Origin: Patescibacteria group bacterium
Lineage (GTDB): Bacteria > Patescibacteriota > Patescibacteriia > UBA10025 > JAHIVO01
NCBI GenBank assembly: GCA_041650915.1
Contig: JBAZKE010000006.1
Coordinates: 8,961 to 72,960 of the forward strand
Length of the DNA: 64,000 nt
Reading direction: 5' to 3'
Part shown: positions 55,306 to 62,260 of the stretch, piece after piece
Numbering within the stretch: the first letter of the stretch is position 1
Layout: every line of letters begins with the position of its first letter
The notes under the pieces: generated by a model
Seen by the model: the letters and a program-made list of their open reading frames with translations, nothing else
Database searches by the model: none
What the model was told of the DNA's origin: nothing
Program-made: the position numbers and the translations under genes

Positions 55306-55539
55306 ATGCGTCGACTACTGCACCACCACGCCGAGCGCCGCCGTGTCCACGAGCACCGGCTGCGCCGCCTGCATCAGCACTACTACACAAGGCCATTTTT
55401 CTTAGATGGCGGTTGGTCGCTACACGATGACCGAATCCCAGTAATTCGGCTAACGCCAGCGGCGTGGGAAAAGCTGCTCGAGATGCTAGAACGTCCACCT
55501 GCACCCACGGAAGTGTTACGCAGACTTATGAAAGGCTAA
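55306..55539 (+). CDS. Hypothetical small basic His/Arg-rich protein (77 aa)
   Basis: Leaderless ATG. The track ORF starts at GTG 55288, inside the promoter. Confidence 0.4.
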   Translation: MRRLLHHHAERRRVHEHRLRRLHQHYYTRPFFLDGGWSLHDDRIPVIRLTPAAWEKLLEMLERPPAPTEVLRRLMKG

Positions 55540-55542
55540 TAA

Positions 55543-56138
55543 TGCATAAAGTCAAGAATTCCACAGCGTGGAACGCAATCAAACAGCTTCCCATCGGCAC
55601 GAAAGTCATGGTTTCGGCGGAGTTGGTACAAGCAGACGACGTGGCTGGACGAGTTGACTATAAAACGGACCCACCGGCAGAATACCCACATGTGGTGTCG
55701 ATGCCCAGAATTTGGCGCGCCAGAGCTTGCAAACCGTTCGTTGCGTGGATTTCGGGCGCCCGATGGTGCTGCGAGGGTGCACTGAAAACCACGTATTTCT
55801 ACGACTATTCGGCGCCTACGCACGGAAGTAGGTTTGTAACGAATAACAAGATTCCGGCGTTGCTCGTGCGCAAAGCACAGTTCAGCAAGGAAATTATTGT
55901 CCCCGTCGACGCCGTTGAGGAAATCGTGCTTAGCGTTACGGCGCCCAGACTTATGCTCGCCGAAGCAGCACCATTGATGCAAACGACGCCCTGCTCCGAC
56001 GCCGCTCGCGAATATCTGCGAGAACGAAGCAAAGCGGCTGCGCGCGGGCAAGGAGGCAAATTTTTGCCATCCGCGCCAACACCAACAGCGGAAACTCCTG
56101 CTCCAGCCACCACATGGTCGTGGGCGCGACCAATTTGA
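55543..56138 (+). CDS. Hypothetical protein (198 aa)
   Basis: ATG with AAAGG RBS. The track ORF 55464..56138 is trimmed to this start. Confidence 0.45.
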
Positions 56139-56148
56139 TTGGTGAAAT

Positions 56149-56403
56149 ATGTCTAAAGAAGCGCTTGCAAAACTACTTAGAAAACGGCTGATCAAAGCCG
56201 GTCTGGTTCCTACGGAACTCGTCAATCGTGTGTCCGATGACGCTATTATTGACAGCTACATAACGTGCAGCGGGTGCCACACAAAAATTGTGACTTCTGA
56301 GGAGCTCGTGGCAGCGGTTGCACAGGCGCGCTCGACAGAACATTTTTTCGAGTTGTGTGACTTCGATGCACGGATGAAAAACCATTCCGCCGGACATAAC
56401 TGA
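56149..56403 (+). CDS. Hypothetical small protein (84 aa)
   Basis: RBS GGTGAAAT. Confidence 0.45.
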   Translation: MSKEALAKLLRKRLIKAGLVPTELVNRVSDDAIIDSYITCSGCHTKIVTSEELVAAVAQARSTEHFFELCDFDARMKNHSAGHN

Positions 56404-56413
56404 TAGGAAAGCA

Positions 56414-57979
56414 ATGCAAAATCAAGAAAATGATCTCCTCGCTGCGCTTCAAACGCTAGATCTCGTTGAGCAGACTCAGGGGCGCAACGCCAAAAGCGAT
56501 TTACTCAAGCAACAAGTCGACAATCTTTATATCCAGGATATCATGCGGTACGCCCTAGGCTCCTATCGCTATTTCGTTACTCCGCCTGATGACGTTGTAT
56601 CGCATCCTAGTTTGTCTCTGGAGAAATCCTGGGTCGAATTCAGAACACTGCTCAAGCGCCTGCGCACCCGCGAGGTAACGGGGAACGCGGCGCTGGCGGA
56701 GGTCAGCGCGCTGCTTTCACAGTGTCCTGCCTCAGCCTTGAAGTGGTACACGAGAATTCTGAACCATGACCTCCGTATCGGCATCGGGCACGATGTCGCT
56801 AAAGCTCTTTGGGGAGATGAGTTCCTTCTGGGCAAAGAAGCCAAGACCGAGGATTGGAAGTTCACGGGATGCGCCCTGGCCAAGCCCTGGGCCGACGTCT
56901 GGTCCAAGGGTGCCCCGTACCCCTTGGGCGTAGAGCGCAAGCTCGATGGAGAGCGTGCTCTGGTGTTCATCTGGCCCGCGACGGGCAAGATGGTCGTGAC
57001 GACACGAAACGCCAAGCGGCGTGAAGCCATCGAGGGCGTTGAGGCGTTTGGGCAGCAACTCATTGATTTGGCCCACGCGATGAACCCCGACGATCCCGAT
57101 ATGCCGATGTTCTTCGACGGGGAGTTTCTGGCCAAGACGTGGAATGATACGTCGAGCCTAATTCGTAAAACCAAGAACTTCGACGCCGAGGCATTCATTC
57201 GCGATATCCGGATGCTCATTTTCGATTGGGCCCCAACAGCGGACTACTGCGCTGGGCGTTTCGATATGCCCTGGCTGGAGCGTAAGATTCGGCTTCTATC
57301 CGCCGTGGGCTGCACCAGGGCGACTCCCGAGCCTGTAGAGTTCTCTGCCAACCTCACAGTTCTGGGACATGTCATCGCACACAACGACGAGGAGCTTCAG
57401 GCCGAGTACAATGCGTGTCTTGACGCCGGGTTCGAGGGCATTGTTGCAAAGGTCATGACGGCGCCAGAGTTGTTCAAGCGTACGGCAAATAACGTCAAGC
57501 TCAAACCCACGGACACGCAGACCGTAACGATCACGGGCGCAGTGGCGGGGCAAGGCAAGCACGCTGCCGCATCGAGCGCGTTTATTTCTGCGGTATCTGG
57601 GGTGCTGAATCGGTACGGCAAAGCCCAGGGCACGGTACCGTACATGCGCTGGACCGTTGACGATGTCGATGCCGCCATGGCCGCGGTCAGGAAGGTCGTG
57701 GCCGACGATACGGAACGCCGGCTTGAAGCCGAGGGCAATGTCATTACGCTGCGGACGGGAGCCCGGCTGGGGTATTTCACAGCTGTAACCCCGAATGGCG
57801 ACGAAATCCATGTTGGCGGCGGGTATACACATAAAACCGGACGCGATCAGCGCATGGATTTCTGGCTCCGGCGGGACGAACTCTTGGGCAAGAAAATCGA
57901 TATCAAAGTCCAGCAGGACAAGGAGCAGGTTGGTGTAGGGCGTTTCAACCGGTTTAGCCGAATCAGGGACGATTTGTAA
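56414..57979 (+). CDS. ATP-dependent DNA ligase
   Basis: Motif I KLDGERAL, motif III FFDGEFL, motif IV EGIVAK, motif V LKPTD. RBS TAGGAAAG. Confidence 0.85.
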   Translation: MQNQENDLLAALQTLDLVEQTQGRNAKSDLLKQQVDNLYIQDIMRYALGSYRYFVTPPDDVVSHPSLSLEKSWVEFRTLLKRLRTREVTGNAALAEVSALLSQCPASALKWYTRILNHDLRIGIGHDVAKALWGDEFLLGKEAKTEDWKFTGCALAKPWADVWSKGAPYPLGVERKLDGERALVFIWPATGKMVVTTRNAKRREAIEGVEAFGQQLIDLAHAMNPDDPDMPMFFDGEFLAKTWNDTSSLIRKTKNFDAEAFIRDIRMLIFDWAPTADYCAGRFDMPWLERKIRLLSAVGCTRATPEPVEFSANLTVLGHVIAHNDEELQAEYNACLDAGFEGIVAKVMTAPELFKRTANNVKLKPTDTQTVTITGAVAGQGKHAAASSAFISAVSGVLNRYGKAQGTVPYMRWTVDDVDAAMAAVRKVVADDTERRLEAEGNVITLRTGARLGYFTAVTPNGDEIHVGGGYTHKTGRDQRMDFWLRRDELLGKKIDIKVQQDKEQVGVGRFNRFSRIRDDL

Positions 57980-58222
57980 AATTAGTTGAAGCAGTACTTT
58001 GCAGAGCTAGAGGTGGCACATGTGGCGCTAGAACAAAAATTAAAGACGTGGCTTGTGAGAGCAAACTACGAGGATTGAAACGATTGCGCGCATTGCGACG
58101 ACAATAATTTCAGATGGACAGACCAGCGTACTTGGACAGAGACACTGAAATTTGCAGACCAACTGGCCGATTTCGCCGAGAAATACAAACCGACTCTGTA
58201 ACAGTAGCAGAAAGGCAAAACA

Positions 58223-58498
58223 ATGTCAAAATACGATCGACGCCAGAAAACTGAATCTATTTCTCTGTTTGACATTCTTTCCGCGGTTGACGCCAGCGTT
58301 GACACGGCGAAAACGGTCGCGGAGCTTAACTCGGATCTTAATTCAGATAAATATAAATTCACATCAGCAGAGCGTGCGGTACTAGCTACACTGCAGCACA
58401 AATGCGTTCTGATCGCAGAGCAGCACGGTGCATTTTTGGATATGGTTCTGCGGTCTATGGACGACGTAGAAGCCGAGGTCGAGAAAAGCGAGGACTAA
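58223..58498 (+). CDS. Hypothetical small protein (91 aa)
   Basis: RBS AAAGGCAAAAC. Confidence 0.45.
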   Translation: MSKYDRRQKTESISLFDILSAVDASVDTAKTVAELNSDLNSDKYKFTSAERAVLATLQHKCVLIAEQHGAFLDMVLRSMDDVEAEVEKSED

Positions 58499-58893
58499 TG
58501 CGGCGCAAAAAGGAAAAGCAGGAACTCCCGAAACGTACTGCCCGGGGTAATGAACGCCGCGAGTTGGAGGGCTATGTTGGCGTCGACGAATACTTTGATG
58601 ACGACCCGCGTTCTATCGACGAGTACTGCGCCAGGATCCACTTAGCCTGCGAAGACGCACAGGCCTGCTGGCTCGCTCGGCATCCAGGCTGTGAAATCGA
58701 GCCAGGTACATTTTGGCTTAGACTCATGGAACAAGGCGTCTATGACCAAACCCGCCTGTACGGCGTTTTCTATTACTGGGAGGCAGAAGAAGACGCCGAC
58801 GAGTACGCAGAGACCCTGGCAGCCGCCCAGGCGACCAAAGCCGCACAAGAGCGCGAGCTGTACTTGCAGCTAAAAGCAAAGTTTGAACCATGA
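58498..58893 (+). CDS. Hypothetical protein (131 aa)
   Basis: ATG with GAGGA RBS overlapping the upstream stop. The track ORF 58402..58893 is trimmed to this start. Confidence 0.45.
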   Translation: MRRKKEKQELPKRTARGNERRELEGYVGVDEYFDDDPRSIDEYCARIHLACEDAQACWLARHPGCEIEPGTFWLRLMEQGVYDQTRLYGVFYYWEAEEDADEYAETLAAAQATKAAQERELYLQLKAKFEP

Positions 58894-59148
58894 CCAAAGT
58901 TCAATTTGAGTCAACCACCCCTCCTACATGGAGAGACGCGAAAAGGTCTCTGGTTGACTAGGGAACATCGAAAGGTGTAGCAGTTGGTCGAGAGAAATAC
59001 ATACACACCCGTGGACGCTCCTCAAATCTACGGCTCTGTGGATCTGTCGTTAAAAAGCTCAAGGGGTAGAGCTGGTGCGCAGATCTTAAAAACCTCTTCC
59101 AACAATCCCGATGAGGCTCTCACTTCCCTTTCGAGGGAAGGGCAGGAC
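58894..59148 (+). ncRNA. Candidate IscB-associated omega RNA scaffold and left-end structured region
   Basis: About 250-nt non-coding stretch immediately 5' of the IscB PLMP start. Dense nested hairpins (58909-58959 AGTCAACCA...TGGTTGACT with an inner GAGAC/GTCTC stem; GCTC...GAGC about 59080; CTTCCC-TTTCGA-GGGAAG 59120-59137). The reading frame is formally open through it. Confidence 0.3.
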
Positions 59149-60906
59149 TTGAGAGTACCTGCCGTTTATGTTCTTAATCAACGCGGCGAGCCATTAATGC
59201 CCACAACGCCAAGGAAAGCACGAATGCTTCTCCGGGAAGGAAAGGCCAAGGTAAAGACTAGAACTCCGTTTGTAATTCAATTGCTTGTTCCAACCGGAGA
59301 AACCAAACGGCCCATCGTTTTGGGAGTAGACGCTGGATACCTCCACGTTGGCCTGTCGGCCGTAACGGAAAATAAAGAAGTATACGCCGCGGAAATCACG
59401 CTTAGGTCTGATATTGTAGCCTTAATTTCGACTCGTAAAATGTATCGACAAACACGAAGAAGTAGAAAAACCTGGTACAGACAGCCGAGATGGTTGAATC
59501 GAGTAAAAAGCAAACCCAAAGGCTGGCTAGCTCCGTCAATTCAGCACAAGCTCAATAGCCATGTAAAACTGGTCGAGCGCGTTAAACGAATTCTTCCCAT
59601 TACCTCAGTAATAGTGGAAATAGCTGCTTTTGACATTCAGAAAATCAAAAATCCAGATATACAGGGAGTAGAGTACCAAGAAGGTGTGCAAAAAGGTTTT
59701 ACAAACGTGCGAGAATATGTGCTGTACAGAGATGGACATAAATGCCAAGCGTGCAAAGGAAAATCCAAAGACAAAATTTTGAAAGTAGTGTTGAACGCCC
59801 ACCACATAGAGTCTAGAAAAACAGGCGGAAATCGACCTGATAATCTCGTTACACTCTGTGCTGAGTGTCATAAGCTTTACCATAACGGTACCGTAAACAT
59901 TAAAACTAAACCCAGCAAAAGTTTCAAAGCCGAAGCATTCATGACGATGGTGTGGCGACGATTGGTTGAACTATTAGGTGCCGCAATCCGATATGGCTAC
60001 GAAACCAAACAAGCTAGAGCAGACGCTGGACTTAACAAAAGTCATGTTAATGACGCTTTTGTCGTCGCGGGCGGATGCTACCAGAACAGAACAGTTCCAT
60101 TTTTAGTAAAACAAGTTAGGAAACAGAACCGAAAACTTTACAATGGACCACACTCCGGTCGGCGCAGCACCGCTGCTCGATTTGTTCGTGGGTTCCAACG
60201 ATACGATAAAGTCCTGTACAAAGGAGTGGAATGTTTTGTGTTTGGAAGAAGAACCAACGGTTATTTCGACGTCCGAGATCTATACGGTGCTAGAATACAT
60301 GACGGCGCAAAAGCCAAGGACTGTGTTTTGCTGGAAACAGCAAGCACTTTATTAACCTGTACCCTAAGAGGTGGCACTCCCCTGCCTAAAGGCAGAGGTC
60401 TCCATGCCGAAGCCCAAATGAAAATCAGAACTGGTTTTGTCAGCAATTCGAGTAGTTCTAGCTTTGTCGTGCAAATCCGGCAGAGTCCGTGGGAAAAATC
60501 CGAGCCCAAATTGTTGCTTTCGCCGGAGCAACTCGCATGGCTAGAGTCTCAAGGATTTCGGTACTGTGCGCACACGTATCCCTCGCGAGTTGAGGAAACT
60601 GGGATTCTGGAAATGTACCCTGGCGCCGAAACGCCTGAAGCAGCAGAAAATATGTGGCTGTCGGTGATTTGTAACCAAGACGAAGTCATCGACGGTTTGG
60701 TCCGGCAGGGCATTCCATTTTGTGCGTCATGCCACTACGGACACGAGACTGTGGTTTGGCGCGCTGGCGATAAGCGCGTTTATGCATTGCCAAATTTAGG
60801 GCACGAATACGAAACATACCAAGAGGAGAAACTTTTCAAAGCTAAAGTCAAAGTAGCATCACAAACCGTAGCAAGCATCAAGAAAAACGGGTGTAATCTC
60901 GTTTAG
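59149..60906 (+). CDS. iscB: IscB-like RNA-guided nuclease (PLMP, RuvC-I, Arg-rich bridge, RuvC-II, HNH, RuvC-III, TID), fused in-frame to a C-terminal MKIRTGFVSNSSSSSF-family module
   Basis: VYVLNQRGEPLMPTTPRKARMLLREGKAKVKTRTPFVIQLL. LGVDAGYLHVGLS (catalytic D at about 59329). RRSRKTWYRQPRW. VIVEIAAFDIQ. HNH: CQAC...HHIESRK...N...LCAECHKLYH. SHVNDAFVVAGG. TID: FQRYDKVLYKGVECFVFGRRTNGYFDVRDLYG. TTG start at 59149 with GAGGGAAGGG RBS. The track ORF is open from 58984. Confidence 0.8.
   Translation: MRVPAVYVLNQRGEPLMPTTPRKARMLLREGKAKVKTRTPFVIQLLVPTGETKRPIVLGVDAGYLHVGLSAVTENKEVYAAEITLRSDIVALISTRKMYRQTRRSRKTWYRQPRWLNRVKSKPKGWLAPSIQHKLNSHVKLVERVKRILPITSVIVEIAAFDIQKIKNPDIQGVEYQEGVQKGFTNVREYVLYRDGHKCQACKGKSKDKILKVVLNAHHIESRKTGGNRPDNLVTLCAECHKLYHNGTVNIKTKPSKSFKAEAFMTMVWRRLVELLGAAIRYGYETKQARADAGLNKSHVNDAFVVAGGCYQNRTVPFLVKQVRKQNRKLYNGPHSGRRSTAARFVRGFQRYDKVLYKGVECFVFGRRTNGYFDVRDLYGARIHDGAKAKDCVLLETASTLLTCTLRGGTPLPKGRGLHAEAQMKIRTGFVSNSSSSSFVVQIRQSPWEKSEPKLLLSPEQLAWLESQGFRYCAHTYPSRVEETGILEMYPGAETPEAAENMWLSVICNQDEVIDGLVRQGIPFCASCHYGHETVVWRAGDKRVYALPNLGHEYETYQEEKLFKAKVKVASQTVASIKKNGCNLV
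60418..60906 (+). other. C-terminal extension of the IscB ORF, equal to paralog A of the MKIRTGFVSNSSSSSF family (163 aa), with internal ATG
   Basis: Begins MKIRTGFVSNSSSSSF, like the two genes downstream. In the IscB frame with no intervening stop. Could instead be a separate or coupled gene. Confidence 0.5.
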
Positions 60907-60914
60907 GAGGAAAC

Positions 60915-61283
60915 ATGAAGATCAGAACCGGGTTCGTAAGTAATTCCAGCAGCTCCAGCTTTTTGATCTGGGGCATCACAGTAGACACGTCGGAGTTTCA
61001 GAAAGAAATTCCCGTAAGAGATGAAGACGGGGAAGACTGCGAGGAAGAGAGCCCGTACGATGTCGCGGAGCGGCTTGAGTCCGAATACGGTGACATCGTG
61101 CGGTTTGCTTATGAAAACGACATCCTATATCTCGGTCGGTGCCCTTCAACTTGCGGCCTAGACGAGACCATGCGGAAGTTCCAGCAGCGCGTGGAAACCG
61201 AGGTGAAAGCCATGGCTGAGAAAGAAGGCGTAGCTCTGGGAGACGTGGAATTCGGGTGGCTCGAGGAAGCCTGGCACGACTGA
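60915..61283 (+). CDS. Small acidic protein, MKIRTGFVSNSSSSSF family paralog B (122 aa)
   Basis: Strong RBS TAGGAGGAAAC. The N-terminal 20 aa are conserved with A and C. Homologous to C over its full length (CxxxC.DETMxxFxxRVET...FGW...AW). Confidence 0.65.
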   Translation: MKIRTGFVSNSSSSSFLIWGITVDTSEFQKEIPVRDEDGEDCEEESPYDVAERLESEYGDIVRFAYENDILYLGRCPSTCGLDETMRKFQQRVETEVKAMAEKEGVALGDVEFGWLEEAWHD

Positions 61284-61293
61284 GGAGGACAAA

Positions 61294-61611
61294 ATGAAAA
61301 TCAGAACCGGTTTTGTAAGTAACTCGAGTAGTTCAAGCTTTTTGATTTGGGGCACCTTTGTCGAGGTAGACAAATTCGGCGAGGAATTCGATCGCGATGA
61401 AGTCGAAGGCGACATCGTGCACTCCGCCGGGCCCGACGACGACTATTACGTTTACGTCGGACGTGTGCCTAAAGAGTGTCGTGATGACGAAACCATGGGG
61501 CAATTCAAAGCCCGCGTCGAGACCGACGCCAGAGCGTTCCTGGCTGAGCAAAAAGTCGACGCGACAAATCTGAAATTTGGATGGCATTCGGCCGCGTGGT
61601 ACGACGGATAG
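61294..61611 (+). CDS. Small acidic protein, MKIRTGFVSNSSSSSF family paralog C (105 aa)
   Basis: Strong RBS TGAGGAGGACAAA. Paralog of B. Confidence 0.65.
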   Translation: MKIRTGFVSNSSSSSFLIWGTFVEVDKFGEEFDRDEVEGDIVHSAGPDDDYYVYVGRVPKECRDDETMGQFKARVETDARAFLAEQKVDATNLKFGWHSAAWYDG

Positions 61612-61710
61612 AACGACTTTGGTCGTTTTAAAAAATCAGATACCTGCCGGGCGACTGTAGTCAAATCTGCAAAACGTGAAACCATTATCATTTAGTCACT
61701 GGAGGATGAT

Positions 61711-61899
61711 GTGCAATTAATTGCTCTACGTTTTGAGATCAAAACCGACGGCATTGGGAAATGCGCGGAGGAGTGTCCGCAGTTGGCACGGGAGCACCCA
61801 GGATCAACTTATCCAGATCGCTGCAGGGCATTCAAGGCCGACATTAGAGGTCTGGAACGTTTGCTCCAGTGCATGAAACACGAAATTGAGGTGCATTAA
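61711..61899 (+). CDS. Hypothetical small Cys-containing protein (62 aa)
   Basis: GTG start with a GGAGGA RBS. Weak. Confidence 0.35.
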   Translation: MQLIALRFEIKTDGIGKCAEECPQLAREHPGSTYPDRCRAFKADIRGLERLLQCMKHEIEVH

Positions 61900-61900
61900 A

Positions 61901-62260
61901 ATGGTGACAAAGTACGTAGAAGAAGATCTGGGTGAGTTTGTTTCTCAATCCAGGCTTGATCTCGATGCAGTAATTCAGCATCTGATGGAACTGCGCAAAA
62001 ACATACTAGAAGCTGGGTTTTCAGACGTTTGGCTGGAATATGACCCAGACGATATATGTGGTGAATGTGGTAGAAGCAACTTGCACGTTAGAGCTTCGCG
62101 ACCCGAAACGCCTGCCGAGCGTGAAAAACGAGAGCAGCGCGAAGCTGCTGCACTAGCCCGCGATGCGCGCGAGAAAAAAGCCAAAGCAAAGAAGCTAATA
62201 GCTAGAGTTCGTAGTCTTGGTTTTTCGAATGAAGAAGTACTCGCCCAGTTCAAGAAGTAG
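61901..62260 (+). CDS. Hypothetical protein (119 aa) with basic K/R/E-rich C-terminus
   Basis: ATG with GAGGTG RBS. The track ORF 61886..62260 is trimmed to this start. Confidence 0.45.
   Translation: MVTKYVEEDLGEFVSQSRLDLDAVIQHLMELRKNILEAGFSDVWLEYDPDDICGECGRSNLHVRASRPETPAEREKREQREAAALARDAREKKAKAKKLIARVRSLGFSNEEVLAQFKK

Noticed and set aside
58984-59148. ATG 58984 as the IscB start (55-aa N-terminal extension).
   Set aside because: IscB family proteins begin at the PLMP segment. The upstream stretch is highly structured and more plausibly omega RNA or left-end sequence. TTG 59149 has a GAGGGAAGGG RBS. Kept as an open alternative.
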